From Saccharolobus solfataricus P2 (GTDB lineage Archaea; Thermoproteota; Thermoprotei_A; Sulfolobales; Sulfolobaceae), in the NCBI RefSeq assembly GCF_000007005.1, contig NC_002754.1: 64,000 nucleotides of DNA; one strand, written 5' to 3'. The position numbers and the translations under genes were made by a program. Position 1 is the stretch's first letter, and each line of letters starts with the position of its first letter. Shown in pieces: positions 39,658 through 49,603 of this stretch. The notes beneath the pieces were generated by a model. It worked only from the letters and a program-made list of their open reading frames with translations. It was not told the DNA's origin and did no database searches.

Positions 39658-41271
39658 TCACCCTTCGCTTAAAATTAAATCAATTCTTTCCACGTTTCCA
39701 GCGTATGATCCTAACCTAGGATCCCATGGGATTCTTACCAATGCCGGACTTTTCATTATTGACATAAGTCCACTTACTATTACGTATCCAGTATCTAATG
39801 ATGTCAAATTCTTAGTTAATGATTCGGGTAAACCACCTGAAGCGGACATAACATATCTTACGTCTTCATGATATATTCTATGAAAGAAAAAGGTGTTAAT
39901 CATGGATAATACGTATTTATCTATAAATGCTGGTCTTTGACTTACCAGAATTAGAGATGCCCCAAATTTTCTTCCTTGAGTAGCTAGTGTTACCAATACG
40001 TCTTTTGTCAAGTTAGCGTTTACTGGATAATCAATAGAAGGTATGTAGTTCTGTGCCTCTTCTATCACAAATCCCAAAAACCTTTGATTACCGTTGTATT
40101 TGGATCTCGTAAGATAATTAAATATTAATCTAGTTATGTAGCTTACGATGAGTTGTTTCGTAAGGACATCTACTCCTGGTGAACCATCAGCCGAGAAGTC
40201 TATTATTGCTAAACCTCTATTCCTCCAAATCACTTCTAATGTGTTCTCAGTCAAAGATGCAGAAGAGTTGACAAGTTGTAGTCTGCTAATTACTTTGTTT
40301 TTGAATATTTCTAATGCGCTAGCAATTCCCCTAGCAGTACCCGTTGTGATTCCTATATCCTTATTTTGAGCCATCGTAAGAATCTCATTCCTTAGGGTCT
40401 CAATTCCTATTGCACTACCTAAAAGGGTATTATATTCCTTGCTCTCATGGTTTGCTAAAACTTGCTCTAGGAAATTTAGTTGCAGTGTGTTATATGAAGC
40501 CTCACCGTATTTTAGAGACATAATAAATTCTGATAATTCTCTAGGCGTGAATATGGACAAATCTATTGTAAGCTTAATGTCGTTTTGCTCCTTAGGATCC
40601 TTCAATATATACCTCTTTATCCAGCCTCTTCCTTTAGATACTATGTCTAGATTTGTCGAAGCTAAATCTATGTAATCCCCATTCGCATCAATTACAATCA
40701 TCGGTAAGGCCGTGATCTTGTCTCCTATTTTTATGTTAGATAAAAGCTTAATTAAGTATCTCATGTTGTAGCTTTTTCCACTTCCAGTCTCTCCAAAAAC
40801 TCCCATGTGCATTGTTATTGCATTAAGGTCTAACAATAATGGTATTTCAGAACCTGCTAAGGCTCCGTACTCAATTAATCCTTTTTTGTTTTTTATTCCA
40901 TAAAAGGAAAGTAGCTCTTTTTCACTCTTTATTTCTGGTAATCTTCTTACGAAAGAGCCAGGTTTAGGGGTTGTATTATGGTCATATTTTTTTATTAAGT
41001 GCAAAGTTGCTTTTATTATTGTATTCATATCGAGAATTTCATATATCGAAGGTTCTTTTAATATTGACTTAGCTATCTCCCCCTTTTCGTCAAAGAACTC
41101 ATTCAGAAATTCGTAATTTTCAACCCTGACTAGTGAAAGCTTCTCGGAATCATCAACTAATAACAATTGTCCTACGCTTATTTCCTCATCAGCTCTAATT
41201 AGTCCTTGCATTTCATTTGCTTCGCTCTTCTGCAGTACTATTCCTATAATCTCTCCCCTTTCCATCACCAT
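39658..41271 (-). CDS. HerA/FtsK-family ATPase (HerA paralog)
   Basis: N-terminal HAS-barrel-like region; motifs HMGVFGETGSGKS, VIDANGDY, FVIEEAQNY, QGRKFG and SQRP. Confidence 0.92.
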   Translation of the reverse strand: MVMERGEIIGIVLQKSEANEMQGLIRADEEISVGQLLLVDDSEKLSLVRVENYEFLNEFFDEKGEIAKSILKEPSIYEILDMNTIIKATLHLIKKYDHNTTPKPGSFVRRLPEIKSEKELLSFYGIKNKKGLIEYGALAGSEIPLLLDLNAITMHMGVFGETGSGKSYNMRYLIKLLSNIKIGDKITALPMIVIDANGDYIDLASTNLDIVSKGRGWIKRYILKDPKEQNDIKLTIDLSIFTPRELSEFIMSLKYGEASYNTLQLNFLEQVLANHESKEYNTLLGSAIGIETLRNEILTMAQNKDIGITTGTARGIASALEIFKNKVISRLQLVNSSASLTENTLEVIWRNRGLAIIDFSADGSPGVDVLTKQLIVSYITRLIFNYLTRSKYNGNQRFLGFVIEEAQNYIPSIDYPVNANLTKDVLVTLATQGRKFGASLILVSQRPAFIDKYVLSMINTFFFHRIYHEDVRYVMSASGGLPESLTKNLTSLDTGYVIVSGLMSIMKSPALVRIPWDPRLGSYAGNVERIDLILSEG

Positions 41272-41293
41272 TTAACATTACCTAAGAACGTTT

Positions 41294-41884
41294 TTAAACG
41301 ATTAAGCTTCTGGGATTAGATAATGAAAGGTTTCTTATTACATTGGCTATAGTTTTGAAGGCCAATCTACCATATGGGTAAATTGTTATTTTTAAATGTG
41401 AGATTTCAGCTGCACCTTTCACTATTTCATAGTGATGCCTAGGGAGTATACCTATTAATCTCTCGTGTAATTTACTAATTTTTATAAGGGGCTTCGTTAA
41501 TAACTCAACGAACTCTTCTTTTTCCTCTTTGCTCATAAGCGCTGGGGGGTAATCGTAATTGTTAAAAGGATAGCATTCCTCTAACTCTCTAGGCACTAAT
41601 AGCATTGGTTCGGATACTGAATATACTTGTACTTTCTCCTCTAAATTATATTTCTGTAATATGGCGTAGGCTATTTTGTGTGTTGGTGATGACGAGTAAG
41701 GTTTAACTACAGTACAAGGTAACAACAACGCAATCTCCTTATTTGAACTCCAGTTCTCTAGAAAGTAGCGATGCCATCTCATCACCACTGGGTGTCTGAA
41801 CAGATCGTCAGTATTATCTCTTTTCGATATTCTAGTAAAGTCAGGCTTAAGGTATTCATATAGTTGTTCACATGCAGAGCTCAT
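41294..41884 (-). CDS. DUF5591 (ArcS/TgtA2-associated domain) protein
   Basis: Motifs LLLPCTVVKPYSSSPTH and SEPMLLVPRELE..YP...YD. Confidence 0.78.
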   Translation of the reverse strand: MSSACEQLYEYLKPDFTRISKRDNTDDLFRHPVVMRWHRYFLENWSSNKEIALLLPCTVVKPYSSSPTHKIAYAILQKYNLEEKVQVYSVSEPMLLVPRELEECYPFNNYDYPPALMSKEEKEEFVELLTKPLIKISKLHERLIGILPRHHYEIVKGAAEISHLKITIYPYGRLAFKTIANVIRNLSLSNPRSLIV

Positions 41885-42740
41885 TTACCTCCTCCTCTAT
41901 CTCATCTTCCGCGAAAGTATCTAGTTTTTTAGAATATCTTATCAAAGGATTGTTGCTTTCATATTCTGAATTCAAGAGCACCCAAGCGTTGATTAGACTT
42001 CTGTCTATCCAATTGTCGAATCTAATTTGAAATGGGTAGTGAGTTTTATCTAAAAATGATAATAAAATCTCTAGTTCCTCTTCGCTCGCTCTTTTAGTGC
42101 CCCACACTATTTTCCTATTTCCTACGTATCTTTCTCCTTTACCGGGTATAATAACCATACCATGTATGCCCTTAACTCTGTAGGTCGAAGTATCCACGCT
42201 GTCGGCGTTGAAGTAGACTTTTCTCATGAAAGGTGATCCTGCACCTAAGACGTGTATTTTCCCCTTCCATAATTTCCTAACTAAATAATATATTGCAACC
42301 GCAAGTTTTTTGTTACCGCTCTTGTTTAGGGTAGGAGGGACGATCCCACCAAAAGCTACTAGGTCCGTATATTGGGAGTAGAAGTCTATGGATTTCTTTA
42401 TTGACTCAGGATCATAAGCGTGTATGACTGGTACTATTTTCTTATCGAAAACTGTGTATAAGTACTCGAAGTATTTGTAATTCAATTCTGATGGCTTATG
42501 GCAAGGAATTGATGGTATATCAAGGCTCATATATTGTGTGGCATCTAGTATTTTATACTTCTCAACTACTTTTTCTATTTCAACTTTTATTCCTCTAACC
42601 ATTATTTGGTATCCTCCAGAGTCTACCCATGTCTCATTTTCCCAAGATGGTCTATCCCAGTTTAATTGGTTAATCATTAATGGTTGTTTAAACGTCCAAA
42701 CTGGGATTTTCAGATCAGGTATGCCTAGTATTATCTTCAT
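41868..42740 (-). CDS. tRNA-guanine transglycosylase-fold protein (DpdA-like, no Zn site)
   Basis: Motifs DSGGYQ, MSLDIP, PVIH, AFGG, HVLGAG and DSVDTS match TGT catalytic positions. There is no CxCxxC motif. Confidence 0.82.
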   Translation of the reverse strand: MKIILGIPDLKIPVWTFKQPLMINQLNWDRPSWENETWVDSGGYQIMVRGIKVEIEKVVEKYKILDATQYMSLDIPSIPCHKPSELNYKYFEYLYTVFDKKIVPVIHAYDPESIKKSIDFYSQYTDLVAFGGIVPPTLNKSGNKKLAVAIYYLVRKLWKGKIHVLGAGSPFMRKVYFNADSVDTSTYRVKGIHGMVIIPGKGERYVGNRKIVWGTKRASEEELEILLSFLDKTHYPFQIRFDNWIDRSLINAWVLLNSEYESNNPLIRYSKKLDTFAEDEIEEEVNELCM

Positions 42741-42845
42741 TTTTCCTGATATTGGTATTACTATTGGGTTAAATCTTGATTATATAATAATACTACTTGT
42801 TTTCTTACGTTCTCGCTAATGGAAAATGCAATTTCGTATATTACA

Positions 42846-42894
42846 TCAGTGAAACAACCCTTCATCACGCTTCAGTTAAGGTTGGTTTCCTCAT
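42846..42894 (-). ncRNA. Box C/D methylation-guide sRNA candidate
   Basis: ATGAGGA-aaccaaccttaa-CTGA-agcg-TGATGA-agggttgtttca-CTGA, intergenic. Confidence 0.8.
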
Positions 42895-42970
42895 ATATTG
42901 TAATCATTGTTTTCAGTTGCTATTATCACTTACGCTCCCCTGCCTGTTAGATATTAAGCATCTAGTTATT

Positions 42971-43651
42971 GTGTCCAAAGGAGCAGTAATCCTTATATTG
43001 ATTACATTATTTGTATATACTCTGAATATTATTAGTAATGCGTACTTAGTTAATGTAAAGATTTTAAGTCCTTTTCCGATCACGTTAATGTTTTCTGACT
43101 CACAAGGTGTTAAACTGGTTTCTTCCAATCAAACGTTAAATGTCAGCAGCTCAAATTTAAGGATTCAAGTGTTTGTTCTATCCCCCTACTCCTACTGTAT
43201 ATTTATCAACGGAAATAAGACCGACGAATTTAACGTTACTTTGTCTAATTACTCTCAATTTAACCTTACGGTAACAGTTATTCCTAAGTATGCTTTTTTG
43301 AAAGTTAACGTTGTTGGTAAGGGTACAGCTTATATTGAATTAGATAATGGTAGCATAATTGCAGTAAGGAACTCTTCTGTAATTAGAGTGTATAATGGTT
43401 CCAGTGTTCTTCTTGAGGCTAACGGTGATCTTATTAATTGGTCAAATGGGGCTAATACTATGACGCTTTGGTATACAGTTGGTGGCAACTCGACAATTAC
43501 GGCATTTTTTGGTAATTCTAGTATTCTTCCAAAGTCTGGTACTGTTAAACCTACAGTAAACTACACTGAAGTTGGGCTTAGTTTATTTGCGGTAGGATTT
43601 TTCATATTATATAAAATATATTCTAGAAAAGACCAAGATACTAATGTTTGA
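42971..43651 (+). CDS. Secreted, membrane-anchored glycoprotein (hypothetical)
   Basis: Likely GTG start at 42971 gives a signal peptide; many N-x-S/T sequons and a C-terminal TM helix. Confidence 0.7.
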   Translation: MSKGAVILILITLFVYTLNIISNAYLVNVKILSPFPITLMFSDSQGVKLVSSNQTLNVSSSNLRIQVFVLSPYSYCIFINGNKTDEFNVTLSNYSQFNLTVTVIPKYAFLKVNVVGKGTAYIELDNGSIIAVRNSSVIRVYNGSSVLLEANGDLINWSNGANTMTLWYTVGGNSTITAFFGNSSILPKSGTVKPTVNYTEVGLSLFAVGFFILYKIYSRKDQDTNV

Positions 43652-45624
43652 TAACAACTTTTAAATGTGTACTCGTTACTAAAAATATTAGAATGAATGA
43701 GAGATTAATGAATTCTCAAAGTGGATATTTAAGGAAGGCAGTAAATCATCCAATAAATTGGTACACTTGGTCTAATGATGTATTTGAAATTGCGAAGAAG
43801 GAGAATAAGCCAATACTTATTGATGTAGGCGCTGCTTGGTGCCATTGGTGCAATGTTATGGATGAGGATACCTATTCAAATCCAGAAATAGCTAAGATAG
43901 TTAACGAGAATTTTATTCCCGTAAAGGTTGATCGTGATGAAATGCCCGATTTGGACAGGTTACTTCAAAACGCAGCTATGGCAATAACAGGTGAATCTGG
44001 ATGGCCTTTAACTATATTTATGACACCAGAGGGAAAGGTCTTCTTTGGTGGCACTTACTTTCCTCCAGAGGATAGATATGGACGAATAGGCTTCAAGAGA
44101 TTACTATTGGAGATTTTGAGAATATGGAGAGAAGATAGAAACCAAATACTATTATCTTCAATAGACCCCAATATGTTGATTCCTAAAAATACTGGTGGAG
44201 TTCTAAATTCAAGCGTTTTAGATGATGCGTTTTCCTTTATAACATCCTATTTTGATATCGAGTATGGTGGATTAGGGTTTGGTGCCAAATTTCCCCATCC
44301 TTTTGTCGACTTGTTATTCCTTAACTACAGTGCTACTAGAGGAGATGATTTAGGTAAGAAACTAGGTCTATTCACTTTAAGGAAAATGTACTATGGTGGT
44401 ATTTTTGATCAAGTTGGTGGAGGATTTCATAGATATACCGTTGATAGAGAGTGGAAGTTACCTCATTTTGAGAAACTACTTATAGATAATGCTGAATTAA
44501 TCTACGATTACTTTACTTATTATATAGCGACTAATGATATAGAAATTCTTGACGCCTTACGAAATTCAGTAGATTTCGTTTTAAGAGAATTATACATAGA
44601 TGGGAAAGGCTTTGCTAATAGTTTAGATGCAGATAGTGAAGGTATGGAAGGTAAGTATTACACGTGGACTGAGGATGAGCTAAAAGATTCGTTAGGAAAT
44701 GATTACGGTATCGCTATAAGGGTATTTGACTTGAAGAATACAGTGGAGGTTGAAGGTAGGAAAGTTCTATTGAGAACTATTGAACTTAGGGAGCTGTGTA
44801 AAGCAACTGGTTTACAAGTGAATGATATGATAAAGAAGATAAGTGAGATAAGAACTAAACTATTGGCATATAGAAAGCAAAATAGAAAAATGCCATATAG
44901 AGATGATAATACGTACACTTATTCTAACGCAAAGCTGGCAGAATCCATGTTGTATTCCTCATTAATTTTAAACAAGAGCATTGAGGAGGCTAAGCTTGTT
45001 CTGAGTAAGTTAGGAAAAACTGTTAGTAGAAGATTAGATGGCGGAAAGGCGGGATTACCAGAAGACTATGCTGCAGCACTTTTAGCAACTATTTCCGCAT
45101 ACGAGGTATTAGGCGAAGAAAGGTATTATGATTTGGCAATTGAACTCGGTAGAAATATTGGAGTCATTAAGCCTAATAATTTCACTGACATGCCTAATGA
45201 GTCTGCAAATTCAATGTACATTAGGGCGTTATTCAAGTTGTCGCTATTATCTGATGAGTTTAAAGTTGATGAGGAGAAAATAAAACCTTTAATTCCCTCT
45301 TTAACTGCAGAAAACTCTCAATTTATTGCTGGCATAGTAAATTCTATCTCTAGTTACATTAGTGGAATGGCTCATGTTGTGGTGGTTGATGAAAAGGATG
45401 GATTAGCTGAGAGGTTACATAAAGTTGCGTTACTTACCTATTATCCCTTTAAACTAGTTGAAAAGGTGGATGATAGCAGAACTGACTATGTTAGCTCAGT
45501 AATAAGGGCTATGATTAAATATAATGTGGGAAGGAGTAGAGCATATGTGTGTATAGGCAATACGTGCAGTATGCCAGTAAGTGAAGAGGAAAAGATTAAA
45601 CAATTACTTAAAACTAAGCTTTGA
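43648..45624 (+). CDS. Thioredoxin-domain protein YyaL/SSP411 (DUF255 plus alpha/alpha barrel)
   Basis: Motifs HPINWY, AWCHWCNVM, KVDRDEMPD, SGWPLTIF and PHFEK. The true start may be a later Met. Confidence 0.92.
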   Translation: MITTFKCVLVTKNIRMNERLMNSQSGYLRKAVNHPINWYTWSNDVFEIAKKENKPILIDVGAAWCHWCNVMDEDTYSNPEIAKIVNENFIPVKVDRDEMPDLDRLLQNAAMAITGESGWPLTIFMTPEGKVFFGGTYFPPEDRYGRIGFKRLLLEILRIWREDRNQILLSSIDPNMLIPKNTGGVLNSSVLDDAFSFITSYFDIEYGGLGFGAKFPHPFVDLLFLNYSATRGDDLGKKLGLFTLRKMYYGGIFDQVGGGFHRYTVDREWKLPHFEKLLIDNAELIYDYFTYYIATNDIEILDALRNSVDFVLRELYIDGKGFANSLDADSEGMEGKYYTWTEDELKDSLGNDYGIAIRVFDLKNTVEVEGRKVLLRTIELRELCKATGLQVNDMIKKISEIRTKLLAYRKQNRKMPYRDDNTYTYSNAKLAESMLYSSLILNKSIEEAKLVLSKLGKTVSRRLDGGKAGLPEDYAAALLATISAYEVLGEERYYDLAIELGRNIGVIKPNNFTDMPNESANSMYIRALFKLSLLSDEFKVDEEKIKPLIPSLTAENSQFIAGIVNSISSYISGMAHVVVVDEKDGLAERLHKVALLTYYPFKLVEKVDDSRTDYVSSVIRAMIKYNVGRSRAYVCIGNTCSMPVSEEEKIKQLLKTKL

Positions 45625-45636
45625 CATTTTTTATTT

Positions 45637-46356
45637 ATGGGAAGGTTAGATAATAAGAAAGTAGCTATTATAGGTGTAAGCGAAGGTTTAGGTTATGCTG
45701 TAGCTTATTTTGCATTAAAAGAGGGTGCGCAAGTTTGTATAAATGCGAGGAATGAGAACAAGCTAAAGAAAATGAAGGAGACTCTAAGTAAGTATGGTAA
45801 TATCCAGTATGTAGTTGGTGATGTCTCTAATATTGAAGGTGCTAGGAATGTATTAGATAAGTGTGCATCTTTTCTTAACGGAATAGATCATTTAGTTGTT
45901 ACTGTTGGAGGATATATTGAGGACACAATAGATCATTTTAGTGGATTAGAAGAGATGTTGACTAATCACATAAAGATTCCTCTTTATGTAATCAATTCAT
46001 CTCTAAGGTTTCTTAGGGAAGGTTCCAGTGTAGTTTTAGTATCATCAATGAGTGGTATTGGTAAAGCATCCCCTGACCAATTATCTTATGCAGTAGCTAA
46101 AGCGGGTCTAGCTAAGGAGGTCGAAATTATAGCCTCTGAATTATTAGGTAAGGGTATCAGAGTTAACGGTATTGCTCCAACTACTATAGGTGGAGAATTT
46201 GAACCTGAAAGAAATTGGAAGAAGCTTAGAAAATTAGGTGATGATATGGCTCCTCCAGAGGATTTCGCTAAGGTTATTATTTGGCTTTTAACTGACGAAT
46301 CGGAATGGGTAGATGGAGTTGTAATACCAGTTCATGGTGGCGCAAGGCTAAAATAG
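45637..46356 (+). CDS. Short-chain dehydrogenase/reductase
   Basis: Motifs IIGVSEGLG, YAVAK and GIRVNGIAP. Confidence 0.92.
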   Translation: MGRLDNKKVAIIGVSEGLGYAVAYFALKEGAQVCINARNENKLKKMKETLSKYGNIQYVVGDVSNIEGARNVLDKCASFLNGIDHLVVTVGGYIEDTIDHFSGLEEMLTNHIKIPLYVINSSLRFLREGSSVVLVSSMSGIGKASPDQLSYAVAKAGLAKEVEIIASELLGKGIRVNGIAPTTIGGEFEPERNWKKLRKLGDDMAPPEDFAKVIIWLLTDESEWVDGVVIPVHGGARLK

Positions 46357-46998
46357 GTGTCCATAGTGGGTAATGTTGAAAACTTGATCAATGGTGTAGG
46401 AGAATTATGGAATAAATACGTTAAACACGAATTCATACTTAAGATGAGGGATGGATCTCTTCCATTAGATATTTTTAGATATTACCTTATACAAGATGGA
46501 AAATATGTAGAGGATATGTTAAGAGCATTGCTAATCGCATCCAGCAAAGGTCCTATTGATAAAGTTACTAAGATACTTAATTTAGTTTTTTCTAGTCGGG
46601 ATAAAGGGTTAGAGACTCATGGTAAACTTTATTCTAAATTGGATATTTCTAGAGATGTAATAGTTAAAACTGGATATAATCTAATAAATTATGCTTATAC
46701 GAGACATCTATACTACTATGCTAATCTAGATTGGAATAAATTTTTAGTTGCATGGACTCCGTGTATGTTTGGATATAGTATAGTTGGGGATTACGTAATT
46801 GATTCTCCTAATGAAGTCTACAAAACGTGGGCCTCATTTTATGCCTCAACTGAATATAAGAAGAGAATTGAAGCTATTCTTTATGCCTTAGATGAGGTTA
46901 GTATTACTGAAGATCTTCTAAATATATTTATAAATTCTGTAAGGTTTGAAATAGGTTTCTGGGATGCCTCCTTAAGGAAGGATCCTACGGTGTATTGA
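46357..46998 (+). CDS. tenA: TenA/THI-4/PQQC family protein
   Basis: Motifs FRYYLIQD, TPCMFGY and EIGFWD. Confidence 0.88.
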   Translation: MSIVGNVENLINGVGELWNKYVKHEFILKMRDGSLPLDIFRYYLIQDGKYVEDMLRALLIASSKGPIDKVTKILNLVFSSRDKGLETHGKLYSKLDISRDVIVKTGYNLINYAYTRHLYYYANLDWNKFLVAWTPCMFGYSIVGDYVIDSPNEVYKTWASFYASTEYKKRIEAILYALDEVSITEDLLNIFINSVRFEIGFWDASLRKDPTVY

Positions 46999-47663
46999 AA
47001 ATGAGCTGGATAAGAGATACTAGTTTTCTTATGGAGTGTGTTAAGAATGAGAACATAAAGATTGAAATCAATAGTTCTAATTATTTCATGTCCTTTAATC
47101 TCCTTAACGGAAAATATAATTTGTCGTTATTTTCATCGCATGATATTAGAATATCATATGATGGTAATAGGCTAATCGATATGCATAACTTGAGAGTTTT
47201 GAAGGATAATGAGGCTAGGGTACACATTTCTAATATGATTCGTAATATCAAGGTAAATATGTCAAATGAAATAAACAACCTCGCTATAATGTATAACATT
47301 CCAGTGAAAATTCTATATGAGAATCTAGAAGCTATATTCAATCTTGATTTCTCGCTATTAAGCTGTTTAGATTACGGCCTAGATTATTTTCTACTTCATT
47401 TGACCAATAACTTTGCAAAGCAATCGTCTCAATTTGAGGTAGTAAAGAAGTTGAAATTCATACTAGGAAATGAAAGGGGTTGTATTAAGGCTATTCTAAG
47501 CTTATCTAACACTTATGAATCGGATTCTTTTTTATTTTCGAGTGATTGTATAAATTTTCAGACTGACGTTAATGCATTCTCTAAATTCTTGAGAGATTAT
47601 AGAACACTCAATGTGAAATATATAGAAGTTATAGATTATCTCAAACAAAGATTGCCTCATTAA
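46995..47663 (+). CDS. Hypothetical protein, 222 aa
   Basis: Overlaps the tenA stop; no family recognised. Confidence 0.7.
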   Translation: MKMSWIRDTSFLMECVKNENIKIEINSSNYFMSFNLLNGKYNLSLFSSHDIRISYDGNRLIDMHNLRVLKDNEARVHISNMIRNIKVNMSNEINNLAIMYNIPVKILYENLEAIFNLDFSLLSCLDYGLDYFLLHLTNNFAKQSSQFEVVKKLKFILGNERGCIKAILSLSNTYESDSFLFSSDCINFQTDVNAFSKFLRDYRTLNVKYIEVIDYLKQRLPH

Positions 47664-48370
47664 CTAGAGTAGTTCTTTATGTCATATCTGATAAACTCAA
47701 GACCTAATTTTTGTAATAATTCTCTAGCATGGATAGTTAAATCCGGAGCTACGAGTATTCCTCTTATCTTATCTCCTTTTATTTCTCTCATGTGTAAGTA
47801 GTATCTATACAATTGTGATATTGCGTTTAGTTGAGCTTTGCTTCTCTTTACTTCAATTATTACAAAATTACCTTTTTTATCTAATCCTATTAGATCTATT
47901 TTCCCGTATGGGGTATTATACTCTCTAGTTAATGGGACAAATCCTTCTTCGATCATACTGGGATTTTGGATAATAGTATTTACGATGTCGATCTCTCTTC
48001 CTTTAATCGTGAAATCTCCTTCCTTTACTTCAGCTGAAGTTATGTAAAATACCTCTTTCAAATCTATCTCTATTACCTCTTTTGGTCTATTTCTTTGAGC
48101 CACTATCTTTAATGGATAATCGTTCATTATTTCTATTTTAGTACCTGGTGGTTGCCAGTTTAAGGGTTCCCTTTTAACGCTTTCGTGTATTATCACTGTA
48201 CCATCTGGTTTCAATATTATCAACCTAGGTGATTCTGATGCAACTGATTCGGCTCTTCCCTTATAATTAACCTTACATGTAGCAAAGATTACTATAAGTT
48301 CTCTATAAATTCGGTCGGTTAAGAAGGAATAGATTTCCGTGTTGCTAGGATTTAGTAGTACTGAATACAC
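47660..48370 (-). CDS. nucS: Mismatch-specific endonuclease NucS/EndoMS
   Basis: Motifs [24 protein letters not shown] and GKIDLIG..IIEVK. Confidence 0.93.
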   Translation of the reverse strand: MYSVLLNPSNTEIYSFLTDRIYRELIVIFATCKVNYKGRAESVASESPRLIILKPDGTVIIHESVKREPLNWQPPGTKIEIMNDYPLKIVAQRNRPKEVIEIDLKEVFYITSAEVKEGDFTIKGREIDIVNTIIQNPSMIEEGFVPLTREYNTPYGKIDLIGLDKKGNFVIIEVKRSKAQLNAISQLYRYYLHMREIKGDKIRGILVAPDLTIHARELLQKLGLEFIRYDIKNYSS

Positions 48371-48421
48371 AGTATTACCTATTCCTAATGCTTAAATACC
48401 TTACTGTATCACTCGATACTA

Positions 48422-49480
48422 ATGGAATATTATAATTTGATACTTTATCTCCTTGTATTTGGAGCTGATATGTTAATAATTCTGCAGACCTATAATGAAA
48501 TCAAAATGTGGAAAACAGTGAAAGGAAACTTTGTAGGTAAAGTATCGATAATAGTGCCAATAAAGGGCATAGACACTAGATTAGAAAGGAACATAGAGTC
48601 TTTGCTCTCTCAAGATTATCCATACCCTTATGAGGTAATTTACGTGGTAGAAAAGGGAGACGAAGTGGAGAATATTTTAAAAAAGTACAACGTCAAGATC
48701 GTTTATTCAGATTTTAATTGTGATTCATGTAGCGGGAAAATTAGGGCCCAAATTTCGGGTCTTTTAAGAGCATCTAATGATATCATAGTTTTTGCAGATT
48801 CGGATACATGGTATCCTAGATATTGGCTTAGAAATTTAATTTCGCCGTTAGATAAATATGATACAACTACTACGTTTTCTTGGCCTTTCCCTTCTAGAAT
48901 AACCTTAAGTAATCTCATAAGAGCAGGGTTTTGGACCTTAGGTTTTGAATCTCAATCACTTCAGAGCTCTAGATTTTTATGGGGAGGTTCAATGGCGCTA
49001 AGAAGGGAATTCTTTGATAACGAAGTTTTAGACGAACTTTCTAAAGAATGGTGTGATGATTGTACATTGACTAGGATAATTAAGAGAAGAGGTGGTAAGA
49101 TAGGTTTCGTTATGAGTGCAATTCCCCTTAATGTTTATGACGAGAATAGTCTCATAAGCTGGTCATCTCGACAGATTATTACTATTCTAGCTTATTCGCC
49201 TAGAGGAGCAAGGGCGTATTTGGTAGCAGGTACGTTTTTCGCTTTAATTCTGATTTATTCTCTAGTTTATCTCAATATAGTTACGTTCACCCCCTATATA
49301 CTATGGATAGTTAAGAATGTAATTAGAGGAGTGAAATATCCTAAACAAGCTCTGATTGCATCACTTATGACTATACTGGCAATACCCTATGCGTTATTTC
49401 TTTTGGTGTTTAACTGGAATAGGAGAGAGGTCTATTGGAGGGGTAAAAGATATATAGTAAAACCTTTAAGGGAAAAGTGA
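48422..49480 (+). CDS. Glycosyltransferase family 2 (ceramide glucosyltransferase-like), membrane-bound
   Basis: Motifs IIVPIKG, GK, FADSD and DD; N- and C-terminal TM helices. Confidence 0.85.
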   Translation: MEYYNLILYLLVFGADMLIILQTYNEIKMWKTVKGNFVGKVSIIVPIKGIDTRLERNIESLLSQDYPYPYEVIYVVEKGDEVENILKKYNVKIVYSDFNCDSCSGKIRAQISGLLRASNDIIVFADSDTWYPRYWLRNLISPLDKYDTTTTFSWPFPSRITLSNLIRAGFWTLGFESQSLQSSRFLWGGSMALRREFFDNEVLDELSKEWCDDCTLTRIIKRRGGKIGFVMSAIPLNVYDENSLISWSSRQIITILAYSPRGARAYLVAGTFFALILIYSLVYLNIVTFTPYILWIVKNVIRGVKYPKQALIASLMTILAIPYALFLLVFNWNRREVYWRGKRYIVKPLREK

Positions 49481-49497
49481 AAGATAGAAAGGTGATG

Positions 49498-49543
49498 CTG
49501 ATGTTCTACCCCTAAAGATTGATGATTGGAGGTGTGACGCTGA
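49498..49543 (+). ncRNA. Box C/D sRNA candidate, first of a tandem pair
   Basis: cTGATGt-tctaccccta-aaga-t-TGATGA-ttggaggtgtgacg-CTGA. The C and D' boxes are degenerate. Confidence 0.6.
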
Positions 49544-49544
49544 G

Positions 49545-49592
49545 ATGATGAGGTCGAGTGCTATAGATAGATGATATAAGGACCACTTCTGA
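49545..49592 (+). ncRNA. Box C/D sRNA candidate, second of a tandem pair
   Basis: ATGATGA-ggtcgagtgcta-taga-t-aGATGA-tataaggaccactt-CTGA. Confidence 0.7.
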
Positions 49593-49603
49593 TAATATAA
49601 TAT

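Noticed and set aside
34852-41271. Reading this as the canonical herA-nurA repair locus or as the Ced DNA importer
   Set aside because: No mre11/rad50 and no CedA-like membrane genes nearby; this HerA has no TM segment.
42797-42970. N-terminal extension of the surface-protein ORF
   Set aside because: Overlaps a C/D sRNA and promoter region; GTG at 42971 gives a proper signal peptide.
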